64,000 nucleotides of DNA from Candidatus Dojkabacteria bacterium (GTDB taxonomy: Bacteria > Patescibacteriota > Dojkabacteria > B142 > OLB20): the NCBI GenBank assembly GCA_046753765.1, contig JBHHUN010000003.1, forward strand, positions 21,001 through 85,000, written 5' to 3'. Below are positions 1 through 9,703 of the stretch, piece after piece. The translations under genes were made by a program, and so were the position numbers. Positions within the stretch are counted from its first letter, which is position 1; every line of letters starts with the position of its first letter. Under the pieces are notes generated by a model. That model did not search any database, was not told where the DNA came from, and worked only from the letters and a program-made list of their open reading frames with translations.

Positions 1-1
1 C

Positions 2-247
2 AGGTACAAGGTTACCCAGGATCTTGTGCTGGAATCCGAAGAAACCGGCGAGTACCTCGAGTATCTACAGGGGCTTTTTCCTAGCCTGGAGATTAAATAT
101 GATGCAGATATTGGAAGAGCTTTTGTTGAGAGTAGGAATGATCTTGAGGATGATGAGACGTTACTTGTCACTGGCTCATTCTACCTTTTGAATGCACTAG
201 AGCAATCTGGCAATTACAATCACAAGGATAATAGCGACAACCAATAA
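2..247 (+). CDS. folC: C-terminal fragment of folylpolyglutamate synthase/dihydrofolate synthase (runs off window start)
   Basis: Frame open from base 2. The C-terminal LLVTGSFYLL matches the FolC vlvtGSlyl motif. Confidence 0.6.
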   Translation, partial: RYKVTQDLVLESEETGEYLEYLQGLFPSLEIKYDADIGRAFVESRNDLEDDETLLVTGSFYLLNALEQSGNYNHKDNSDNQ

Positions 248-844
248 AAGACCCAGAACATCAAAGTACTTCTCTATGAGCTTCTGTATCTTTACACCGT
301 ATCTGCCTGTCAGATAGGCAACCAAAAGAAATCTAGCGCCGCGACCTATAATTGAGCTGATGATTAGTATTGGAAGTGATATCTTAAAAAGGCCTGTTGA
401 AATTGTAAAGACCTTGTATGGTATCGGTGTAATCGATGAGATGAGAATTGCGTAAAATGCGTTTTCCTCAAAGATTTTCCCAACGTGTGCAATCTCTTCG
501 TGTAAGTGGTAAAAATCGACCATAGGCTGCCCAATTGCTTCAAAAAGAGTAAAACCGATGAAATAGCCCAGAATTGCACCGAGAACACTGCCTGACAGGG
601 TAATTAGAGCCATTTTAAGCCATTGTTTGGGGCGTGAGACTGTAAGTGCGAGCATGAGTACATCGGGAGGTATTGGGAAGAACGAGCTCTCAGCGAAAGC
701 AAGTAGAAACAGTGCAAGTGTCGCATACTTGGTTTTGCCCCATTTGAGTGTCCAATTATACGCTCTTCTGCCAGTTCTACCAGGCCATTTGAGCATTCTC
801 ACTATTGTGTTTTTCTGTTGAGCTTCTTTTTCTGTATCTTTCAT
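197..844 (-). CDS. DedA/YqaA (VTT domain) membrane protein
   Basis: FAESSFFPIPPD, GSVLGAILGY, TPIPYKVFTI and GRGARF motifs. ATG at 844 chosen; an alternative start lies at 865. Confidence 0.9.
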   Translation of the reverse strand: MKDTEKEAQQKNTIVRMLKWPGRTGRRAYNWTLKWGKTKYATLALFLLAFAESSFFPIPPDVLMLALTVSRPKQWLKMALITLSGSVLGAILGYFIGFTLFEAIGQPMVDFYHLHEEIAHVGKIFEENAFYAILISSITPIPYKVFTISTGLFKISLPILIISSIIGRGARFLLVAYLTGRYGVKIQKLIEKYFDVLGLLLVVAIILVIVIARLL

Positions 845-923
845 GTTAGTCAATAAATCGAACAATTATGTACTCTAATGTCCGACAAGTCAAGCGGGGA
901 AATATATATCGTCAATAGGCATT

Positions 924-2825
924 TCAATTCGATTTTAAGACAGCTCTGGCAATATAACGTTTTAAGATGAGTCCAATTACAACAAATAGTACCCCAATTG
1001 CCAGGCCACCGAAATCGTCGATATCGGTTGCGGGGAGGTTGGTAAGAGTGATAGAGAAACCTGTTCCCATTTGTGTTCCGTTAGCTTTGACATTTATCTG
1101 GTTATCCCCTGCCAGAAGGCCTATTGGTGCCGAGACCAACCAACCACCATTAGAATCGGCGGTTGCCTGATTAGCTGATCCGTTTATGCTAACAGATACT
1201 GATGAGTTTGGATCGGCAGTTCCACTAATTGTCGTAATACCTCCCAGCTCCTGCCCCTGCCTTATTGAGTTGAGAGAGGTTCCGGGTTCAAGAGTGAGTT
1301 CTGAGATGCTGTTTAAATCTGAAGTTGTGCTATCCGAGCTGTTGAACTCTCCAACAGCGGCTAGTTCTACAGTATAAGTACTGGCACTGAAAAATGAATC
1401 AAGTGAGTCTCCGTAACTGTCCCCAAGTGCAAGCGAGATATTAGCTCCACCTGTAGCGTCAGATTTCCAAGTTGAATTTCCGTCCGAGCTTACTTTTCTA
1501 CCATAGACAATCTGGTCTCTATCGTTTTGTGATGCGAATGTTGTGTCGACTGTGAGCTCTTTGCTCTCAGGTGCTGGAGGTGCAGACGTTAAATCGGGGA
1601 TTGTGAATGAAAATTCTTCGGTCCCGGGGGGCGAAAACATTGTGTCGTTGCTTATGAGATCGAAATTTGTAACTGTGCCTGTGTTCAATGTAGACGTATC
1701 TATGGAAACGCTGTGGGTATAACGCTCTTTTCTTGTTTGCAGGGAAGAGTCGCGGATATCCAGGTATGTCGCTGTTTCACTCCCCTGTTCCACGCGCACT
1801 ACTCCTGTTGTCGGCTCATTTGTCCTCCAATTAACCGTGAAACTGTTAGCTGAGATGTTACTTACAAAGATCTCATAGGGAATTGTCGAATCGGTTTTCT
1901 CCTGGCTGGACGAGTAAGTGCTGAATAGTATCTGTTCGTGAATGGAAGTTTGCTGAGACGTCGTTGGTGTTGGTGAAGGTGTTGTTGTGGGAACAGTCGT
2001 GACTGCTGGTGATGTTGTTGGTCTAGTTGTAATGGTAGGCGTTCCCGATGGTGTCTCTACTTCTGGCAGGCTCGTCATAGTAGGTGAATACGTCGCAGCA
2101 TAACCTGGGGCTATGGTAATTGTTCCAGGAGAGCTGTCGCTGGAGTAAATAACCCCGCCCTTCGCCCCTTCTCCTGTGGATGCGAAGCTCAGAATCCTTG
2201 CATCGGTGAGATCGAAGGCAGACCCCGTTTCAGTATCTCGTAGTGTTCCAAGATCAAAGGTAAACGTTCCATTTTGAGCTGTTGAGGCTATTGCTGCTGT
2301 AGAAAACCTACCATCGTGGAAAGCATGCGTGTATACAAGCGCGCCCTCTTCTCGAGGTTCAATTCTCCCAAAATTTGGCTGGGGTGTTGCCACAGTATCG
2401 ACACTTGGGAGAGTTCTAAATGTGAATGGACTCCCTCCGTTGTCATACTCTACACCACCGATAATGGGGCTAAAATAGTATTCTGTATTCGCCTGCAGGT
2501 TTTTAAGGTCAATGATGTGTGTTGTATAGTTTCCTGAGGTCCCCGTTCCAATATCCCTGTTATCACTTGCAATCAGGTCCAGGCTGTCTGTAGATGTTCC
2601 ATATTTTAGGGTGGCATCTGTAGCCGCTGCAGGTGTTAAAAAACTAACAGTGGCGGATGTTGCTGTTTGATTTCCAATGACTATCTCTTTTGGAGTTTCT
2701 GTAGGTCCTGCTTTGGCAAATGGATTAAAACCAAGGTTGATAGCCAGAATCACGGCCGGTATACCGATAAGTAGAACCAGCACTATTATAATGGGTAGAA
2801 TGGGTGTTCGTGACTGTTTTGCCAT
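924..2825 (-). CDS. Surface protein: N-terminal TM/signal, two FN3 / purple-acid-phosphatase-N-like domains, S/T/P linker, Ig-like domain, LPATD + TM + basic tail
   Basis: Two related beta modules (GNQTATSATVSF..THIIDLKNL; SNISANSFTVNW..THSVSID), a PT-rich linker, an ISGTADPNS..ADSNGGW Ig-like pattern, and a C-terminal hydrophobic segment followed by KR. Confidence 0.75.
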   Translation of the reverse strand: MAKQSRTPILPIIIVLVLLIGIPAVILAINLGFNPFAKAGPTETPKEIVIGNQTATSATVSFLTPAAATDATLKYGTSTDSLDLIASDNRDIGTGTSGNYTTHIIDLKNLQANTEYYFSPIIGGVEYDNGGSPFTFRTLPSVDTVATPQPNFGRIEPREEGALVYTHAFHDGRFSTAAIASTAQNGTFTFDLGTLRDTETGSAFDLTDARILSFASTGEGAKGGVIYSSDSSPGTITIAPGYAATYSPTMTSLPEVETPSGTPTITTRPTTSPAVTTVPTTTPSPTPTTSQQTSIHEQILFSTYSSSQEKTDSTIPYEIFVSNISANSFTVNWRTNEPTTGVVRVEQGSETATYLDIRDSSLQTRKERYTHSVSIDTSTLNTGTVTNFDLISNDTMFSPPGTEEFSFTIPDLTSAPPAPESKELTVDTTFASQNDRDQIVYGRKVSSDGNSTWKSDATGGANISLALGDSYGDSLDSFFSASTYTVELAAVGEFNSSDSTTSDLNSISELTLEPGTSLNSIRQGQELGGITTISGTADPNSSVSVSINGSANQATADSNGGWLVSAPIGLLAGDNQINVKANGTQMGTGFSITLTNLPATDIDDFGGLAIGVLFVVIGLILKRYIARAVLKSN

Positions 2826-4031
2826 TGTTACACCAGTTTATGTGGATTAGTTGTGGTAGTCAATGTATATATGCTTTTATGGGTTTCACACACTTCTACT
2901 AAGTTTTACGCTTAGTAGGTTACAAATACCTCACGATCATATTAGCTTAGCTCAATTAACTTCAAAGGGTTTCTCTGTCTTTGGTCTAGGAACTTGAGAA
3001 ACTTTCTATAACAGTTGTCCGAAGCACACAGATTCCGTCTCAGTTTCTTGGGTTGTATTTCTTTGCATAATCTGACGTACCTGAAACAGCCCCCAAATTG
3101 TTCCATCCATGACCTAAATAGCATAGAAATCAAAAAAACTTGACAAACATGGATTATAGGTTGGTGGTATTGCATACCATTACAGAAACAGAAGGCAATG
3201 TTACACTATTCGAAAGTCATGATACAAGATATAGCAGCAATCAGCATTTTTTGACTCGCTAAATTGAATCCATACTATATCCTATAGCCTAAATGCGAAC
3301 AGTCGTTTTGTCGTTGCTCACAAAAAGCGGCACACATCTTTGGTAAATTAGACAGCATCTCTATGCAAATTTATACGTATATAGGAGGAACATAATGAAT
3401 GATACAGTGTGGATGGATTTGCGCGTAGGTGGGTGCCATATTGTTCGACAAAGTGTCAAGAGTGTACTAATTAACAGATCGAAGGTACTGGATAGGCGTA
3501 CTCACCGGATGTGGGAAATATTGATCAATCGCATAGTAATGGTTTCTGTGTCATTTGCAAAATGATAATCTTGCCAGATTAATTGCTTCCATTAGATACG
3601 AATGCAACTCCCTCCTTCGCTACGGCTTTTTATCGGGTTTGATTGTGATCGTTCGATGAATCTACCTTGAGTCTCTATATCTAGACATTTAGATTGTCGT
3701 GGGGCCTATAGAAGGAGCCTTAAATTGTACAGTCTAGTAAGAAAGGAGCTTTGCTATAATTTTAGAAATATCCGTTTTGATCTAGTAACGTTGTCAAATA
3801 TTTATTCGAGAAATAGAGGATACGACGACGACAGACTAGGTATATAACCATGTTATCTAGATGTTCTTGTTTTTACTAACGCACGATGTGCGGGGAAAGC
3901 GTTTATGCTTCTTTGAAAGATCTCGTCTGCCTAACGAAATTTGGCTACAATAACACGTTTGTCGGACAAATTGGGACAAATTGTACCTGAAGTAAAGATA
4001 GAAGCTTATTGATGTTGAGGATGACTACGAT

Positions 4032-5690
4032 TTAACTGAACGTAGCTTTGAGGAATTCGAGAAACAAAGGATGCGGGTTTAGTGGAGTGGATTTGTATTC
4101 TGGATGGGCTTGAGTAGCAACAAAAAATGGATGTAGTTCTGTGGTGAGTTCAATCATTTCAACAAAGACATCGTCTGGTGATACTCCAGAGATAACAAAC
4201 CCCTTATTCTCGAGTTTTTCTCTATATTCATTGTTGAATTCGAACCTGTGCCTGTGACGTTCGGAGATAGTCCCTCTCTGGCCGTTCTTCCAATGATCAT
4301 ATTGATCATAGATACTGTAAGCCAGAGTACCGGGTTTCAGTATGCAATCAAAAGAACCGAGTCTCATTGATGTACTTTTTCCTTTAATGGTTTGATACTT
4401 CTTGTGGAATGGAATTGAGTGTATTATCTTGTGTTGTGTCTTTGAATCGACTTCTTCAGTGTGTGCATCTTTAAGCCCCAGTACATTTCTTGCAAATTCA
4501 ACCGCTGCGAGTTGCATACCATAACATAAACCAAGATACGGCACCTTATATTCGCGCGCGTACTTTATCGCCCTTATCTTGCCTTCAACGCCCCTTGTCC
4601 CCCACCCTATAGGCACTATGATCCCATTAGATCCCGCAAGAAGGCTCTCAACGTCATTTTCTGATTTCTCGGAATTGATCAGATTATATTCGATTTCTGT
4701 ATCGGTCTCAACAGCTGCAGATTCGATAGCATGAAGTAAGGCGTGGTATGAATCGTTAAGTTGAGAATCGCCAGTACCGAAATACTTGCCGACGATAGCT
4801 ATCTTTGCAGTGTTTGTTTTTCGTTTTTTGAGTTTTTTCAGGTAACTTCTCCAGTTATCGAGCTTTATAGGGGGGTGCTTCTTGATATCAAAGAAATCGA
4901 GTAAACGGGTGTCCAATTTTTGACCATGTAGATGCACCGGTACCTTATGTATGTTATCGAGGTTTTCTGCGGAGATAATATGTTCCTCTTTTATTCCAAA
5001 CTTCAGTGAGAACTTATACTTCCTTTGCTGATCAATAGGGACTTGTGACCTGGTTACAATGAAATCGGGCATGATATTCATACTCATCAGGTCTCTTATG
5101 CCCAGTTGGGCGGGCTTCGTCTTTGGCTCCCCAATATGTGAAGGCTGAAGAATATAGGTAACATGGATATGCGCCACAGGTTCGCTAAGTGACATTTTGC
5201 GCGCTGCTTCATAGTATAACCCATTGTTGTTCTCGTACTCGCCTACTGTCCCTCCAAGCTCAATTACAACAAAATCAGATCCATTCGCAGTTGATTTGAT
5301 TCTTCGTATGATCTCATCGACAACGTGTGGTATAGGTTCGACATCCTCTCCTTCGTAGTGCATATTCCTCTCATTTTGTATGACCTTAAGGTACAACTGC
5401 CCCATTGTCATAAAGTTGGAGTGTCCTACCTCTTGATCTAGAAAACGTTCGTAATTGCCGAGGTCCTGATCCCCCTCCAGTCCATCATCGCAGAGAAAAG
5501 GATCCCCGTGTTCGATGGGGTTTACGGTTCCGAAATCCCAGTTTAGGTTATTCTCGCATTTGATTGGTGTAACTGAGAAATTGCGTCTCTTTAGCAGAAA
5601 TGCGACAGAAGCCGCAGTAATTCCTTTTCCGAGAGCTGATATAACTCCTCCGGACACAAAAATATACCTAGTCTTTCCATGTTTTGACAT
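4032..5690 (-). CDS. pyrG: CTP synthase
   Basis: GGVISALGKG, DLGNYERF, IELGGTVGE, KTKP, GLCYGMQ (catalytic Cys), RHRHRFE, HPE. Confidence 0.97.
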   Translation of the reverse strand: MSKHGKTRYIFVSGGVISALGKGITAASVAFLLKRRNFSVTPIKCENNLNWDFGTVNPIEHGDPFLCDDGLEGDQDLGNYERFLDQEVGHSNFMTMGQLYLKVIQNERNMHYEGEDVEPIPHVVDEIIRRIKSTANGSDFVVIELGGTVGEYENNNGLYYEAARKMSLSEPVAHIHVTYILQPSHIGEPKTKPAQLGIRDLMSMNIMPDFIVTRSQVPIDQQRKYKFSLKFGIKEEHIISAENLDNIHKVPVHLHGQKLDTRLLDFFDIKKHPPIKLDNWRSYLKKLKKRKTNTAKIAIVGKYFGTGDSQLNDSYHALLHAIESAAVETDTEIEYNLINSEKSENDVESLLAGSNGIIVPIGWGTRGVEGKIRAIKYAREYKVPYLGLCYGMQLAAVEFARNVLGLKDAHTEEVDSKTQHKIIHSIPFHKKYQTIKGKSTSMRLGSFDCILKPGTLAYSIYDQYDHWKNGQRGTISERHRHRFEFNNEYREKLENKGFVISGVSPDDVFVEMIELTTELHPFFVATQAHPEYKSTPLNPHPLFLEFLKATFS

Positions 5691-5757
5691 CCCAGATAGA
5701 GTTATTAACTATAACGCTTGAAAAAAGATCTCTGAAGTGTTGACCAGTGTACTTCGT

Positions 5758-6978
5758 TTACTCCGTCGACGCAAGATATGAATCTGGAGAAAGTGCATTG
5801 ACTATGAATGCAAATTCCGCCTGTCTTCCATCGTCTAGTGTAGCAAAGCCTTCAAACATATAGAACGGTTGCAGATAGTGTGTCCATGGCTCTCTGGTTT
5901 TCCACTCATCTGGCTCAATATAAATAACCCTGACAGAATCAACCAGCACATTGAACTCAACGACCCGGTACTGTCCAAACTCTCCGAAAACATCAATATC
6001 TTCTGGACGAAGCCAGATCAGATACCCGAGATTTGCCTGAATGTCGAGCCAAGCTTGCTGTGGTGAGATGAGTTGGTACACTCCACTTTCGCCGTACGTG
6101 TAGTCTTTGAAATCTAAGTGAACATAATCTGTGGAAGGTGTCTCTGCCGTCCCCTGAACGATAAAATTTGCTGGACCACTTAGGAAATCGTACTTTCTCA
6201 CCTCAGACACCACAGTTTCTGGTGGGCTTTCATCTTCTCTATCAGGTTTGTAATTTGGGGCCAATGTACTCGATTCTACACTTTTGTAAAGAGATATCCT
6301 GGCGTATCTACCATCCTCGGGATCAAGTACTCTAGACATAACGCCATTGCTGAAGTTTATGAAATCTACCCGGTTGAATTTATTTGAGAAGTTTGCGTTT
6401 GATATGCCTAGATTCGAAAGTAATCCACTAGCTTTTGATGTATAAAACCCCTGTTCACTTTTTAATGGGACGAATTGGGAAGTTGCAGAGTCAGTTGCTA
6501 TAGTAACATCGTAGTTCCATTCCTGCAGGACCTTGTGGTAGCTAAGGCTTCTGGTTAGGGTCCGATTTTCCCAAAAAAGGATATCATCGGCAAGACGGGT
6601 CTCCTGTCTAGGGAAACCAAGTACCTCAGCCATTGATCTGCCACGTTGAGTACTGCCAAATGTCTCTCGGGGTTCTAATATCTCATAAACATTTATCACT
6701 GGTGGGGAGTCAGGTAATCTACCAGCTTCGTCGAGTGCATAGGATGCCTGTGTTCCAGACTCAAGTGTAAGGGATGTGATCACTGGCCTGGGGATATCGC
6801 CCAGTGCATTGTCGACTTTAAGATATGCGGCGGGGTCGGAAGGAGTTGGGGTTGTCTTAATCCCTTCATCGACCAAATCAAGAATGAACTGGCAGATAAA
6901 AGTAAATATTGCAAAAACGATAAAACCGATAACGGCTTTACGGGCAAGACTTGTTGAGCGAGTTAGTTGAGATGCCAA
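5758..6978 (-). CDS. Membrane-anchored extracytoplasmic hypothetical protein
   Basis: 406-aa ORF with a single N-terminal TM, PTP linker, beta-rich body and C-terminal LQPFYMFEG. Confidence 0.7.
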   Translation of the reverse strand: MASQLTRSTSLARKAVIGFIVFAIFTFICQFILDLVDEGIKTTPTPSDPAAYLKVDNALGDIPRPVITSLTLESGTQASYALDEAGRLPDSPPVINVYEILEPRETFGSTQRGRSMAEVLGFPRQETRLADDILFWENRTLTRSLSYHKVLQEWNYDVTIATDSATSQFVPLKSEQGFYTSKASGLLSNLGISNANFSNKFNRVDFINFSNGVMSRVLDPEDGRYARISLYKSVESSTLAPNYKPDREDESPPETVVSEVRKYDFLSGPANFIVQGTAETPSTDYVHLDFKDYTYGESGVYQLISPQQAWLDIQANLGYLIWLRPEDIDVFGEFGQYRVVEFNVLVDSVRVIYIEPDEWKTREPWTHYLQPFYMFEGFATLDDGRQAEFAFIVNALSPDSYLASTE

Positions 6979-7041
6979 ATTACTTCTGACTAATAATTAC
7001 ATATAAGTAGCAATGTTATCCCAGGCTCGGTATTATATATT

Positions 7042-8367
7042 ATGGAGCAGAACACAGGGAGTTACAAGCGCAGAGTGAAAATTAACCTTGATAAGCAGAT
7101 GGCAAAGAAAAGGCCAGCCGGAAGAAAGACTACTCTTACCGCTTTCAAGCCATCTTTTAAGCAGATATTCCTGTCTGTTTTAGTATTCGCTGCGGCGTTC
7201 GGCGTCATATACGCTGTTGATACCTCTGGAATATTGAAACCAAAGCTGGATATAGCTACCGGATATTACCTGGTGAGCACGAACGCCGAGGTAACGCCAC
7301 CGAGTATAGAGATCCCCATACCACCTCAGGTTAGGGATAAAGAGAACCCTATAAACGGAGTGTTAATGACGAAAAAGGATTACAGCAACCTTCTTAAAAG
7401 GACTCCTGTAGCCGTAACTATAAATAATACTTCAATTGCAAGGCCTCAGCATGGGCTAACACAGGCAGATACCGTTCTTGAAGTACTCGCAGAGGGAGGC
7501 ATTACACGGTACGTCGCAATGTTTTATCAGAACTTCGATATCTCAAAGATCGGACCTGTGAGGTCCCTCAGATATTACATGATAATGTGGGCTTCGGGGT
7601 ACGCTGATGCGATAATTTTGCATGAGGGACAGGCAGGATATGATAATGCACCCTGGGAAACCTATCGAGAGAAGGCTGATGCAAGGGGTGCACTGTACAA
7701 ATTTGGAATAAAAAGTATGCAGTCAGCTGGTAGTAGGTATAGAGATTATGACAGGGCTGCTCAGGTCGGACTTGTCCACGCGCTTTATACTGATTTCAGT
7801 TTAATAAAGCCGGAGATTTCGAGATTAGGTTCAATTTTGGGATGGAAAATTGGATCAAAAAATTTGGAGCCATTAAAATTCAAATACGATGCCGAAACTG
7901 AGGAGAGAGGTGAATTTAAAGCAGTAACACTAGAATTTTTAGGACTGAGCACCGCTGACTACAGCTCAAGATTCGTTTATGATAAGAAAAGCAACACATA
8001 CAAAAGGTTTGTTGGAGGAGTAGCGGATATAGATCAACTCAACAATGAGCAGATTGCACCAAAAAATGTGGTTATTGAGTGGCACAACTATGGCGATGCA
8101 AATGATGGGCATGGAAGGATTATCATAGATATGCTTGGTGAAGATAAGGTCACGGTCTTGCGCGATGGTAAGGTGATTAACGGAACCTGGAAGAAAGAGT
8201 GCAGAACTTGCAGGACCAATTACTTTGACACAAAGGGTAACGAAATTGAGTTTGTAAGGGGGCAGATATGGGTAGCTAATGTTGTAAAGGTTGGTGATAG
8301 GGAGGTGAGCAATGTCTTCATAAACGATGGCTCTACTAAAAACAATGAACCTGCTAATAAAACTTAA
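7042..8367 (+). CDS. DUF3048 (YerB-like) domain protein with N-terminal TM
   Basis: PVAVTINN..ARPQHGL..AD.V.E..AEGGITRY, IGPVRSLR, KNVVI and GQIWV motifs. Confidence 0.88.
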   Translation: MEQNTGSYKRRVKINLDKQMAKKRPAGRKTTLTAFKPSFKQIFLSVLVFAAAFGVIYAVDTSGILKPKLDIATGYYLVSTNAEVTPPSIEIPIPPQVRDKENPINGVLMTKKDYSNLLKRTPVAVTINNTSIARPQHGLTQADTVLEVLAEGGITRYVAMFYQNFDISKIGPVRSLRYYMIMWASGYADAIILHEGQAGYDNAPWETYREKADARGALYKFGIKSMQSAGSRYRDYDRAAQVGLVHALYTDFSLIKPEISRLGSILGWKIGSKNLEPLKFKYDAETEERGEFKAVTLEFLGLSTADYSSRFVYDKKSNTYKRFVGGVADIDQLNNEQIAPKNVVIEWHNYGDANDGHGRIIIDMLGEDKVTVLRDGKVINGTWKKECRTCRTNYFDTKGNEIEFVRGQIWVANVVKVGDREVSNVFINDGSTKNNEPANKT

Positions 8368-9703
8368 AACTGGATTCAAGAAGAAAGCCGTGCTGACAGT
8401 AGTAGTATTGTTTACACTGGCTGCCTGTAATGGCGGTGGGGGGACCGGGGAGACAACCCCGACACCTACTCAGCAGGAAGATATTGTGCTGATCTGGTGG
8501 AATATGTTTGAACCCAAGGAGAATGTTCAGCCGTTGATTGATGCATACGAGTCTGCTCACCCTAATGTAACTATCCAGTACGATGAAAAAGGTGTGAACG
8601 ATGGTGTTGATGGTTACAGGAGCACTCTAAACACGGTATTGAGTGACGAGGATGCGCTTAGTACGCCTGATATCTTCATAGTTCATAATAGCTGGGTTGA
8701 TAAATACAAGCAGTTCATTAGGGTTGCATCTGAGTCAGATGTGGCTCGGAACAACTTCAGTGACTTCTACCCTATTGTAGAGAATGATTTTTCTGACTCA
8801 AGTGGGATTTACGGGCTGCCACTTTACTTGGATACGTTGTCGATTATCTACAATAAGAACAAGTTAATCGAGAGTGGTTATACGGTACCAAGTGATGACT
8901 GGTCAGAGTTCCAAACACAGGCAAAAAACCTCACCAAACGAAGTGCAAACAATCAGATCGTCAGTGCAGGATTCTCAGCAAATATCGTAAAAAATACGGA
9001 GTTTTACTTTGATCTAATAAATCTCCTCTTCTTGCAAAACGGGGTAAACATGACTGATACTACAGGCGAGGACGCTATTTTCGGTACTGAGCCAGAACTG
9101 ACAAAAGCCAAAGACGCCCTAACCTTCTATCAGGACTTCCTTAAAGGGGACAAGGCTACCTGGTCTGACGATCTCAAGATAGATATTGCGAGTTTCCTTG
9201 AGAAGAAGCTAGCAATGTTTGCAGCTCCAAGTTGGCGACTAATCAACATCCTGGACTACAATCAGAAGTACAATCTTGGTCTTGATGTTGGGGTCGTCCC
9301 GATGCCCCAACTTGGCGGTGATAAGACTGTCGCCTGGCCAACATACTGGGCGCAAACAGTTGCGAAGGATAGTGCTAATCCGACCGCTGCATGGGACTTC
9401 ATTAACTTTATTACTCAAGCGGAACAGCTCCAACTGCTTGATAGCACTGTACAGCAAAATGGGCGACCGTTTGGTATTCTTTTTCCTCGAAAAAGTATGG
9501 AAAGCCAGATTATTGACAGTGTTCAGTTTAAAGATACGCTCGGTCCCTATGTGCAGCAGTTTTCAAAGCTTGGGGATTGGCCAATGGTAGATGGCTTCGC
9601 AGTGAGACAGGTTTTTGATGATGAATTTGATAAGGGCAGTGACTTGACGACAATTGAATCCAGAGTTGATTCTATTATCCAATCTAAAGGTGATCCACCG
9701 TGA
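8345..9703 (+). CDS. Extracellular solute-binding lipoprotein, carbohydrate (family 1) type
   Basis: Lipobox LAAC; PDIF, YGLPLYLDTLSIIYNK, SFLEKKLAM and AAWDFINF motifs. Confidence 0.88.
   Translation: MNLLIKLKTGFKKKAVLTVVVLFTLAACNGGGGTGETTPTPTQQEDIVLIWWNMFEPKENVQPLIDAYESAHPNVTIQYDEKGVNDGVDGYRSTLNTVLSDEDALSTPDIFIVHNSWVDKYKQFIRVASESDVARNNFSDFYPIVENDFSDSSGIYGLPLYLDTLSIIYNKNKLIESGYTVPSDDWSEFQTQAKNLTKRSANNQIVSAGFSANIVKNTEFYFDLINLLFLQNGVNMTDTTGEDAIFGTEPELTKAKDALTFYQDFLKGDKATWSDDLKIDIASFLEKKLAMFAAPSWRLINILDYNQKYNLGLDVGVVPMPQLGGDKTVAWPTYWAQTVAKDSANPTAAWDFINFITQAEQLQLLDSTVQQNGRPFGILFPRKSMESQIIDSVQFKDTLGPYVQQFSKLGDWPMVDGFAVRQVFDDEFDKGSDLTTIESRVDSIIQSKGDPP

Noticed and set aside
2942-3175. 77-aa - strand ORF in the gap
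   Set aside because: Atypical Cys/Arg-rich composition and no motif; probably spurious.
2826-4031. oriC or CRISPR in the long gap
   Set aside because: Only one near-match DnaA box (TGTGGATTA near 2841), no dnaA nearby, and no regularly spaced repeats.
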